NCBI GenBank assembly: GCA_965205535.1
Contig: CBDBHH010000005.1
Coordinates: forward strand, 266,712-330,711
DNA length: 64,000 nt
Reading direction: 5' to 3'
Source of the DNA: Alphaproteobacteria bacterium
GTDB lineage: Bacteria > Pseudomonadota > Alphaproteobacteria > UBA6615
This document shows, in pieces, positions 50,231 through 58,578 of the stretch (position 1 is its first letter; each line of letters begins with the position of its first letter). The translations under genes and the position numbers were made by a program. The notes beneath the pieces were generated by a model that did not search any database, was not told the origin of the DNA, and was given only the letters and a program-made list of their open reading frames with translations.

Positions 50231-51334
50231 CTAGTCGCGACGCGCAATCACCGGGCAGTTTACCAGAATTCCGTCCGACCCGATCGCAGCACCACCCGGC
50301 CCGTGCACCCGCCCGGCCGCGGCCAGCGTCCGCACCATCTCCTCGCCCGTAATCAGGCGGCGCGTATCGAGGCTCGCATCGGCCCAAAACACCGGGTGGG
50401 ACGCCCAGAGCGGACTGTACCCGTCGCCGAGGGACGGAATATCCCCCGTGACATTGAGCGGCTGCAACCCGTCGGCCAGCGCGCTGGTTAATCCCTGCCG
50501 GGCGGGTTCGGACGCGCCGGTCTTACCATTGATCACCACATAGATCGGCTCGACCGCGCTCCACACGGCATCACCCTGATCGGCCGGTACATCCGACAAA
50601 CGCGGCGTATAGGTCGCGCCCTCAAGCGCGGCCACCAGGGCGACATTGGCCTCGCTGGAGATGTATTCGATGCGTTTGCCGCTCGAAAATCCACTCGTCA
50701 GCTGGAGCGTGACCGTCCCGTCACGCGGACAGATACGCACCACCTTGTCGTGCACAAGTGCATGATCGGGCGCGCCGCCGCAAAATTCATTGAGCGTCTC
50801 CGCCGCGACATCGAACGCCACCACCGGCGCGTTGAATATGTGACCGCCACCGTTCGTCACCCGCGTGAGCGGCGTGTAATCGTCATCCCCCACGGAGCCC
50901 GGCCTCGCCAGAGACGGCGGGAAAGGCGCAGCCCCTGATCCCGGTTCGACCTGGCGTTCCGGCGCGAAGTCGACAGTCCCGGCATCAAAAACAAGCTGTC
51001 CGTCGGGGGCAATTTCGGCGTCGCGAACCGCGCGTCCGACCCCGGCATTGGCAAGCTTACCCGACCAGTTGATACCAAGTCGTTCGGCCGTTTCGCGATC
51101 ACTCACATCGAGCAGCACATGCCAGACATTCTCGCCGCTCGCCATATGGCCCTGCTGAAGTGGCAGGGTGACCGTTCCCCCAGCAAGGTCGACCTCGCCG
51201 GACGCAACCAAATTGGTGGCCTGCGCCTTGGCGTTCACGCTCGCAAGCGAGAGCCCGACCGCAAGCACAACCGCGGGCAAGGCGCCCGGTAGCGAATAAC
51301 TGACCCGTAGGTTGGATCGCGGAAATATGCTCAT
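50231..51334 (-). CDS. secreted hypothetical protein
   Basis: 367 aa, signal peptide (AVVLAVGLSLASVNAKA); no recognisable motif. Confidence 0.45.
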   Translation of the reverse strand: MSIFPRSNLRVSYSLPGALPAVVLAVGLSLASVNAKAQATNLVASGEVDLAGGTVTLPLQQGHMASGENVWHVLLDVSDRETAERLGINWSGKLANAGVGRAVRDAEIAPDGQLVFDAGTVDFAPERQVEPGSGAAPFPPSLARPGSVGDDDYTPLTRVTNGGGHIFNAPVVAFDVAAETLNEFCGGAPDHALVHDKVVRICPRDGTVTLQLTSGFSSGKRIEYISSEANVALVAALEGATYTPRLSDVPADQGDAVWSAVEPIYVVINGKTGASEPARQGLTSALADGLQPLNVTGDIPSLGDGYSPLWASHPVFWADASLDTRRLITGEEMVRTLAAAGRVHGPGGAAIGSDGILVNCPVIARRD

Positions 51335-51438
51335 CGGAAGTTCCGTCCCTCAATATCTCGCCTGTATCGGCGCGGTCACATCATCAACACCGGGCGGGTG
51401 GAATTGCTTCCCGATATTCGTCACCTCGCGCAGACGTG

Positions 51439-51909
51439 TTACGCCAGCTCGAAGACCGCCTCGACCTCTGTTGCCACATCAAACGGCATCACAGCGACCC
51501 CGAGCGCCGTCCGCGTATGCTGGCCAGCCTCACCAAACACATCGATCATCAGTTCCGAGGCACCGTTGACCACCGCAGATATCGCCGTGAAATCCGGCAT
51601 CGCGTTCACATAGCCCTTCAGATTGACCACGCGCGTGATGCGATCAAGGTCACCGTCCAGCGCGTCGGCCGCCTGAGCCAGGACGTTGAGGGTCGACAAA
51701 CGCGCGGCCTCCTGGCCCTCTTCAAGCGAGAACTCCCGGCCCACCTTGCCGATAAAGCGCAACTCCCCGTTCCACTGCGGCACCATGCCGGACACGTAAA
51801 GAAGACGGTCGACGATCATCGTCGGAAGAATCTTCGCCACGCGGGTTTTCTGCGGGACCGGCAATTCCACACCGAGGTCTGCCAGACGGGATTCAATGGT
51901 TCCGGGCAC
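51439..51909 (-). CDS. RidA/YjgF-family protein
   Basis: 156 aa with a YjgF-like core (ARTALGVAVMPFDVATEVEAVFEL). Confidence 0.7.
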   Translation of the reverse strand: MPGTIESRLADLGVELPVPQKTRVAKILPTMIVDRLLYVSGMVPQWNGELRFIGKVGREFSLEEGQEAARLSTLNVLAQAADALDGDLDRITRVVNLKGYVNAMPDFTAISAVVNGASELMIDVFGEAGQHTRTALGVAVMPFDVATEVEAVFELA

Positions 51910-51943
51910 GGGACACCTTCTATCGATTGAGGTGTCACGTTAG

Positions 51944-52351
51944 TCAGGCGCCGCTGGCCGAACAAGCCAATTCAAGCCGCGTCTCTTCGGCCAGCAGAAG
52001 CGCCCACGTGTCGGCCGGCATGAAACGCGGTGCCAGATACTTGTAAAGGTCGCGCAAAAGGGGCGTCACGGCATAGGGGTCAGAAATATTGCCCGGCAGG
52101 CGGTCCCATGATTCCGCGATCTCGTCCCAGGGGTTCAGGCGGGCGAACATCTCATCGCGAATATCGCGGATTGCGCTGCGGTGGAATTCAAAATTTTCGA
52201 ACAGGGAAACGATATTCGAAAGGCGCGCATCGATCTCGGCCAGGCTAAGTCCCAACGCGTGAACGGGGACTGAAATAAGCCGGGCGACCGGATCTACATC
52301 GCTGAGAATGCTCGCATGGTGGGCAAAGTCGCGGCGCACTATTTTTCGCAA
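51944..52351 (-). CDS. hypothetical protein (possible gene remnant) abutting the island's left direct repeat
   Basis: 135 aa ORF whose first codons overlap repeat copy 1; no motif recognised. Confidence 0.3.
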   Translation of the reverse strand: MRKIVRRDFAHHASILSDVDPVARLISVPVHALGLSLAEIDARLSNIVSLFENFEFHRSAIRDIRDEMFARLNPWDEIAESWDRLPGNISDPYAVTPLLRDLYKYLAPRFMPADTWALLLAEETRLELACSASGA

Positions 52352-52912
52352 TCAGTAGTTAGGGGCTTCAGTCCAGTGCCATGGGCAGGACCGGCTGTTC
52401 CGGCCGCCCCGCCACCGCGCCGGGAACCGTGAACCGCCTGCCGCCGAATATATCGGCGACGGTCAGCATCTGCTGCATTCGGGTTCCCCAACTTCACACC
52501 CCGCGCCTTGGCGGCCTGCAAGGCTGCCTTCGTGCGGATGGAAATGGATTCCCGCTCATGCTCGGCCACAGCGGCCAGAATGTGCATGGTCAGGCGATTT
52601 GCCTCCGGCATATCGACGGCCACAAAGTCCGCACCGCTCTCCATCAGATTTGAAATGAAGGCGACACTCCGTGCCAACCTGTCCAGTCTGGCAATGAGCA
52701 AGGGTGCCTTCTTCTGGCGGCAAAGGGTTAGGGCTTCAGCTTAGGGCAGGGCGGTCATTCTTCCTGCCGCTCTCGATCTCCGTGAATTCAACCAGCAATT
52801 CACCACGACCGGCAATGAAGCGGGTCACTGCTTCGCGCTGCGCTTCCAGGCCAAGGCCGGAACGGCCTTGCCTATCAGTCGATACCCGGAAATAGCCCAC
52901 AAAATCAGTCAT
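52339..52912 (-). pseudogene. serine recombinase (resolvase/invertase family) with a +1 frameshift near 52731-52733; its 3' end lies inside the direct repeat
   Basis: N-terminal fragment MTDFVGYFRVSTDRQGRSGLGLEAQREAV... (catalytic Ser context) ends at NDRPALS*. Removing one A from cctaagct restores ...NDRPALAEALTLCRQKKAPLLIARLDRLARSVAFISNLMESGADFVAVDM...KARGVKLGNPN. Confidence 0.6.
52347..52473. repeat. 127-bp direct repeat, copy 1 (left boundary of the island)
   Basis: Identical to 62675..62801 except for 2 mismatches (G/A at 52370 and C/T at 52427 in copy-1 coordinates). Confidence 0.8.
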
Positions 52913-53010
52913 GTGAGACAGTCTAGCGGCCTTCCGTATAAAAATCAAACGTGGGTTTGATTTTTATACAACTTAAACCAATGCCCTTTAAAAGGGCGCA
53001 AACAGCCCCA

Positions 53011-55323
53011 CTATCCCTTCTTTGTGAAAGCGATAGTTCTGGTGCAATGATTGACGAGTTCCTGATCGTTGATGATCTCTATAGCATATGCGGGGTTTGT
53101 TTCATGGTGAAACTTGTTGGCATAGTCGAGCAGTTTACGGAGCTCGTCAGCATCCGCCTGATTCAAAATCGGTGTTCCTGCTGTCAATGCCTGCACACAT
53201 TCACTGTGGAATGGCCCCAACATTTTACCCGGCGGAAAATGGGCGGGGTAGGCAACACGCAAAAAGGCTTCCAGAACATAGCGCAGGGCAGTAGCAACCT
53301 CTCGCGCTTTGCTTTGATCAGACTGGTTAAGATACTGCTGAATCAGGGCATGTCGCTTATCATGCTCCGTGATGCAATCCTGCGTTACGTCCCAAGTATC
53401 AATAGTTGATGATTGACCGCTTCGGATGATGTGCAGCGCAGCGCGGGCTGTCTTATCAGCGCCTTCCCAAACCTGACAAAGGAACGGTTTTGAGTGTGAA
53501 AGAAGGATAACCTGCTGAACACGCTGTGCCAGCCCCCGAACCTCTTGAATCGTTGCGAGTGATCTATGCTCATCCAGACTGGTCATCGGATCATCAATGA
53601 CAATGACCTTTTGTGCTAGCCCTGCATCCTGATCAAGAGACGCAAGAAAGAAAGCAAGAGCCAGGGTGTTTCTATCTCCGGCGCTCATCGTATTCCTGAA
53701 TGAAGGGCCATTATTACTGGCAAGCGGCACAGAAACATTGTTGATCAACACATTGTATGTGCATGATGATCCGCCTCTGTTATTTTGAGCGGAAACGCTA
53801 TCCAGCCGGAAACCTGCATTGAACTTACCCAGGTAATCGTTGATCGCCTGCTGATATGTGGCGAAGATACTGGCGCAATATTGTTCAAGGTCAGTCTTTG
53901 CCTTGTCACGCTTCTCCTCTGTTTTCTTCTTTTCCCCTTTCTCTGCCAGATAAGCATCGCAATGCTTTGCCACATCTGATTCAAATCGTGCCTTGATCGT
54001 TTTCAATCTGTTCAAGTCATCCGTTAGCGTTGCCACATTAGCTGTGGCCGCTTTTTCTTTCACGGCCTGGATCGGATCATTGCATTCGATCAGGCTTGAA
54101 GAGAGCCCTGTAATGGCCTCACGATGCCCGTCATAGGATTTTACAGCCTCAAGAATATCTTCGGAAAGAGTCATCTTCTCAAGAGGTGAGGCCAGCTTTG
54201 CTCTCAAGATTTCAAGGATAGGCTCACGCGCTGCTTTCCAGGCGCGGGCAATCTCTGCTGTATCGACCTGAATAGCAAGAATATCCGTGAATTTCCGCCA
54301 GAATTCACCGTTCTGAATTGCTTCACTGACAGCACGTTCAAAGGCAGATTGGATTTCTCCCTTGTGAGCATCAGCAATCGACTTTCCAATGTCAGTGATA
54401 GCCTGCTTCAGGGAAGTGTAAACATCACTGAAATAGGTCTCATAGTGAGCAATAATATCTGAATCTTTCAGCTCTTGGTCACAGAACGGGCATCGCTGTT
54501 CATCATCAGAAGAGTCGGCGATCTTCTGCATCCCCTCACCAATCCAGGACTCCGCACCTTTACCCAATTTTTCAAGATGCTGCTTCACTCTGGTTGTTGC
54601 TTCGACCTGCAATCCAGGCAAGTCACGTTGAAGGATTGCTTCAATCGCAGCGGTATCGAATTCAGGCAGTGATAGGGGCTTGAACTCGCCTTGCTTATTG
54701 ATTGGATCAGCGTCTTTCGCAGCGGCCAGATTTCGTTCAGCCTGCTGAATCTCATCATCTATATCTATTTTGGGATTCTTCTGCAACGCGCAGAAGTCCT
54801 CAACATTAATTGTGCCTCGCGCCTTGACAGGAATAGCCGCTTCCTTGGTTTTCAGGGTGCGATTATGCTCTTCGATTTTGCTGATATGCCCTTTCAGGGA
54901 TTCATTCAGCGCAATCCCCTGCGCCCCTAGAATAAGCTCATGCAGCTTCTGTTTATGGCCAGAATCAACTACAACTCCCGAACAAACATTCTCGACCACA
55001 AAGTGATCGTCGAAAATAGCGATTTCCGGGAGATGGGTCTGCCATGCACCATTTTGAAAAATGAACGATTGCTGGCCATTTGCCTGCACAACGATATGTG
55101 GATCGGCATTTGCATGAGGGGCGGTGCCGGATTGCAAGCGTTTCCGTTCTTCGATCAATGTTGGATTATTGGTGCTCAAAGAGCGTAGCAAATTGGCAAG
55201 GGTTGTCTTCCCTCGTCCATTCTCGGCATATATCAGCGTCATGCCGGAAAATCTCGTTTGCTGCCCTGGGGAGACGCTATCGAATTGCCCAACATTTCTG
55301 ATCAGTTGAATCTGCTCAATCAT
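53011..55323 (-). CDS. AAA_13-family ABC-type ATPase with coiled-coil/CxxC insertion and a C-terminal about 130-aa domain (RloC/PrrC-like putative anticodon nuclease)
   Basis: Walker A YAENGRGKTTL, central CPFCDQ in a predicted coiled coil (zinc-hook-like), ABC signature MSAGDRNTLALAF, Walker B VIVIDDPMTSLD, H-loop LLSHS. Confidence 0.65.
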   Translation of the reverse strand: MIEQIQLIRNVGQFDSVSPGQQTRFSGMTLIYAENGRGKTTLANLLRSLSTNNPTLIEERKRLQSGTAPHANADPHIVVQANGQQSFIFQNGAWQTHLPEIAIFDDHFVVENVCSGVVVDSGHKQKLHELILGAQGIALNESLKGHISKIEEHNRTLKTKEAAIPVKARGTINVEDFCALQKNPKIDIDDEIQQAERNLAAAKDADPINKQGEFKPLSLPEFDTAAIEAILQRDLPGLQVEATTRVKQHLEKLGKGAESWIGEGMQKIADSSDDEQRCPFCDQELKDSDIIAHYETYFSDVYTSLKQAITDIGKSIADAHKGEIQSAFERAVSEAIQNGEFWRKFTDILAIQVDTAEIARAWKAAREPILEILRAKLASPLEKMTLSEDILEAVKSYDGHREAITGLSSSLIECNDPIQAVKEKAATANVATLTDDLNRLKTIKARFESDVAKHCDAYLAEKGEKKKTEEKRDKAKTDLEQYCASIFATYQQAINDYLGKFNAGFRLDSVSAQNNRGGSSCTYNVLINNVSVPLASNNGPSFRNTMSAGDRNTLALAFFLASLDQDAGLAQKVIVIDDPMTSLDEHRSLATIQEVRGLAQRVQQVILLSHSKPFLCQVWEGADKTARAALHIIRSGQSSTIDTWDVTQDCITEHDKRHALIQQYLNQSDQSKAREVATALRYVLEAFLRVAYPAHFPPGKMLGPFHSECVQALTAGTPILNQADADELRKLLDYANKFHHETNPAYAIEIINDQELVNHCTRTIAFTKKG

Positions 55324-56525
55324 CCGGCCACCTCATTTTTCTTCAAACAAGCTCCGCCTGGATCATAGACGTATCCTGAAATTGTGCCGTCCTTGATGCG
55401 CTCGACGGCTTCCTTGATGACAAAAAGCGGGACAAGGAACCATTCACGCGGGATCACTGGCCGTCCAAACCTGTCCTTGATCTCAACCTCAAGGCGGGCA
55501 GGCTCGAAAATGCGGTGAATGAGGTTTTCCAGCTTGGTGCGGTTGATGTTGTAAAGCTCGTAGGTCGCCACGATCTCCACATTCGCCATGAGGAATGTTG
55601 GCTGAAGGTGCGCCCCTGCAATCCGCTTCTCAACGCTCATATTGGTGACGCCAATCTTGTGAACCAGCTCCCGGTTTTCTTCGACAAGCGGGTGTTCTGA
55701 CTTGCTGCGCAGCACATAAATGATGCCACTTGCTTCATCCCCGTCGATCGTCTGATCAGAAAATAGCGGGCCTGCGGTTGGCTCTGTGATCCTACGGCCT
55801 GCTTCGTCCTTGTTCAGGGCTCGCTGTAGCGAGCGCATCAGCATGTTGCTCTTGGTGCCGTTGTCAAAAATCACGCGAAGGCGGGCGTCTGTGCGCCCCT
55901 GATCGGTGATTGTCGTTTCGCCTTTCTCGGCCACATATGCCTTCTGGCCTCCGACAATGAAGAACCGGCCTTTCTCGATCTCGGCCTTCATCTCGAAGGG
56001 ACGTGTCTCACGCAAGCCAGAATTCAGCTCTGCCTGCACCTGCTCAAACAGGGGCTTGAAGGTCTCAAAATCCTCGCAGCGGGTGCGACTGGCCACTTCA
56101 TCAGCAGCGGCTCTTTTCTCGGCGGTCGATCGGACGTGCTTCAGCTCGGTGATCGGCGGCGCATCGAGCTCGACGCCAAGCTCGGCCAGCAGCGCGTCAT
56201 CATCCAGCTCGGCTGGGTCTGCATCTGCGGTGATTGCAGCCATGTCACCAAGCAAGCCTTGATGATCCATTGGCTCGACCAATTCCCGGCAATCCTTCAG
56301 CTTGCGGATACGATCCAACCGAACGGCATAGAGCCGTTCAAAAATATCCCGGTCTTCACCATGCAGGGGAGGGCGGCCATGCTCTTCAGCAAAGCGTTGC
56401 ACTTCCTCAAAGCCTGCAATGACACGCTGTTCGCGGGGGGTGTATGTTGCAGCCTTCTTGGTCTGCACCTCGACGCCAAGCTCGGCCAGCAGCGCGTCAT
56501 CATCTTGTGTGAATTCCTTAGCCAT
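55320..56525 (-). CDS. T5orf172/GIY-YIG-like nuclease-domain protein with duplicated N-terminal DDDALLAELGVE motif
   Basis: GIIYVLRS ... HKIGVTNMSVEKRIAGA matches the T5orf172/MUG113 pattern (YV...KIG.T.....R). A 37-bp perfect DNA repeat (56168-56203 and 56469-56505) encodes the duplicated peptide; overlaps the helicase gene by 8 nt. Confidence 0.55.
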   Translation of the reverse strand: MAKEFTQDDDALLAELGVEVQTKKAATYTPREQRVIAGFEEVQRFAEEHGRPPLHGEDRDIFERLYAVRLDRIRKLKDCRELVEPMDHQGLLGDMAAITADADPAELDDDALLAELGVELDAPPITELKHVRSTAEKRAAADEVASRTRCEDFETFKPLFEQVQAELNSGLRETRPFEMKAEIEKGRFFIVGGQKAYVAEKGETTITDQGRTDARLRVIFDNGTKSNMLMRSLQRALNKDEAGRRITEPTAGPLFSDQTIDGDEASGIIYVLRSKSEHPLVEENRELVHKIGVTNMSVEKRIAGAHLQPTFLMANVEIVATYELYNINRTKLENLIHRIFEPARLEVEIKDRFGRPVIPREWFLVPLFVIKEAVERIKDGTISGYVYDPGGACLKKNEVAG

Positions 56526-58575
56526 TGGCGGCCTCCTGCTTCATTCGCGCAAGATAGGCAACGCCTTCTGCCATTTTCTTTTCCCAGGCATCAGACGATG
56601 TGAGGGACGGCAACCGGCCACGATCCTGCTTGAATTTCAGGGCGCGTTGCGCAAGGTCTCGCGCCTCTTCAGGGGTGAGTTTGATCTTCTTGGCTGAAAT
56701 GATCGCCGCAATCCTCTTCAGGCTCTCTTCGCTCATGGTCTTTGCCAGGATCGCGTATGCCTCACCGAATGGATTGATCCGGTCGATCAAGTCAATGTCC
56801 AGTTCCCGCACGTCCATTGCGAATTTCCGCACCCCGTCGATCAGGGCGGTATTGCCGCCGGGATTGTCATCATCATCGCCGCCGGACAGGGCGATTTCCT
56901 TTGCCTTCTGTGTCAGGTTAAGGGCGGCAATCGCATGTTGCCGCACGGCTTCCTGATCCTCTGCATCCAGCTCCGGGAATTTGTCTCCGACGATCTTGCC
57001 CATGCGCACCTGTGTCAGCTCTTCTGGCACAAGCTCTTCATCAAACAGGCCGCGCTCGATCGCGGTCTTGTCTTGCACAAAGGCGGTGATCACTTCGTTC
57101 AAATCCTCACGGCAAATCCGTTCGGCTTCCTTGCTCTTCGGCTCAGCAAGTCCCTTGATTTCGATCTGAAAGCTGCCCTGTTCCTCATTGAAGCCGATAT
57201 TCGCCTTGTTCGGATCATAGCCGCCTTCGCCATAATCAAAGCCCTCTACAGGGCCGCTATTGGCGTTCTTGGGCGTGAAATTGAAGCGGGGCGCTAGCAC
57301 CTGCTCCATCAACAGGCTGGCGGCAATGGCCTTCAGCGTGTCATTGATGGCTTCGGTCACTGCCTCTTCAGACGCATCCGGCGCGGCAATCAGGTTTGTG
57401 AAGCGGGCGCGTGATTTGCCCTTCGCATCACGGGTTGCCCGTCCAATGATCTGCACGATCTCGGTGAGACTGGCACGATAACCAACAGTCAGGGCGTGTT
57501 CGCACCAAATCCAGTCAAAGCCTTCCTTGGCCATTCCCAGGGCAATGATGATGTCCACATGATCCCGGTTGTCCTTGTGCGCCGGGTTTTTCAGCGCAGC
57601 GGAAACACGGTCACGCTTGGCGGGTTCATCATCCACCAGGTCAGCGATTTTCAGCACACGGCCTTCAGATGTTTTGACAAGCTGGAAACCTGTTTGTGGA
57701 TCAGGCCCTTGCCATTCACCTAACTCTTCCATGATGTGCTCGACTTCGCGGTGCTTGTCCTTGGTGCTCTCACGGGAATTGACGTTTGGGATATGCAGGA
57801 TCGTCTTCTCGTTCGGATCGAGCACCTTCAGGATGTCATCGGCATAGGAGCCGGAATAGAAGAAATAGCCGATGTCGAGCGTCTTCAGGTATTGGTAGCC
57901 GTTCAACTGCTCATAGTAGGTGTAGGTGACGCTATCGAATTTCGCTTCATCCTCCGGCGACAGGACGGCTTCTGCATCGCCCCGGAAATACGATCCCGTC
58001 ATGGCGACAAGATGCACCTTGTCGCGGGAAATGAAGTCTCCCAGGTGCTGCCCCAGCTTGTTGTCCGGGTTGGCGGAAACATGGTGGAATTCGTCAACCG
58101 CAATCAGCCGGTTGTCGAAGGCTTCCACGCCGAATTTGTCCACGGCAAAGCGGAACGTGGCATGGGTGCAGACAAGCACCTGATCGTCACTGTCCAGGAA
58201 GGCACCAACTGAATTGACCTTGCCGCCGTCCGTGCCGGGGGCGTTGCACAGATTCCATTTTGGCTGCACTGTCCAGTCAGCCCAAAAGCCGAATTTTGAC
58301 AGCGGCTCATCATTGAAGCTGGAGCCGATAGACTTCTCCGGCACCACGACGATTGCTTGCTTCAGCCCCTGATTTTGCAGCTTGTCGAGCGCAATGAACA
58401 TCAGCGCACGGCTTTTCCCGGATGCAGGCGGCGACTTGATCAGAAGATATTGCTCGCCCCGTTTCTCAAAGGCGCGTTCCTGCATTGTCCGCATTCCAAG
58501 CTCGTTGGACTTGGTTGAATTGCCGGTCTGGGCGTAGGTCACGGAAACGGAGGGGACGGATTTCTGAACGGTCAT
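56518..58575 (-). CDS. DEAD/DEAH-box (SF2) helicase with a C-terminal about 250-aa extension
   Basis: Walker A LLIKSPPASGKS, DEAH-like VDEFHH, motif VI QIIGRATRD. Confidence 0.75.
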   Translation of the reverse strand: MTVQKSVPSVSVTYAQTGNSTKSNELGMRTMQERAFEKRGEQYLLIKSPPASGKSRALMFIALDKLQNQGLKQAIVVVPEKSIGSSFNDEPLSKFGFWADWTVQPKWNLCNAPGTDGGKVNSVGAFLDSDDQVLVCTHATFRFAVDKFGVEAFDNRLIAVDEFHHVSANPDNKLGQHLGDFISRDKVHLVAMTGSYFRGDAEAVLSPEDEAKFDSVTYTYYEQLNGYQYLKTLDIGYFFYSGSYADDILKVLDPNEKTILHIPNVNSRESTKDKHREVEHIMEELGEWQGPDPQTGFQLVKTSEGRVLKIADLVDDEPAKRDRVSAALKNPAHKDNRDHVDIIIALGMAKEGFDWIWCEHALTVGYRASLTEIVQIIGRATRDAKGKSRARFTNLIAAPDASEEAVTEAINDTLKAIAASLLMEQVLAPRFNFTPKNANSGPVEGFDYGEGGYDPNKANIGFNEEQGSFQIEIKGLAEPKSKEAERICREDLNEVITAFVQDKTAIERGLFDEELVPEELTQVRMGKIVGDKFPELDAEDQEAVRQHAIAALNLTQKAKEIALSGGDDDDNPGGNTALIDGVRKFAMDVRELDIDLIDRINPFGEAYAILAKTMSEESLKRIAAIISAKKIKLTPEEARDLAQRALKFKQDRGRLPSLTSSDAWEKKMAEGVAYLARMKQEAANG

Positions 58576-58578
58576 GGT

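Noticed and set aside
51335-52346. Search for a tRNA gene or tyrosine integrase as the island's insertion target
   Set aside because: No tRNA-like T-loop/acceptor features or integrase homology were seen at either boundary; the boundaries are instead long direct repeats associated with a serine recombinase.
52951-53409. 152-aa plus-strand ORF at the start of the island cargo
   Set aside because: Antisense to the C-terminal domain of the AAA_13 gene; Cys/Leu-rich nonsense translation.
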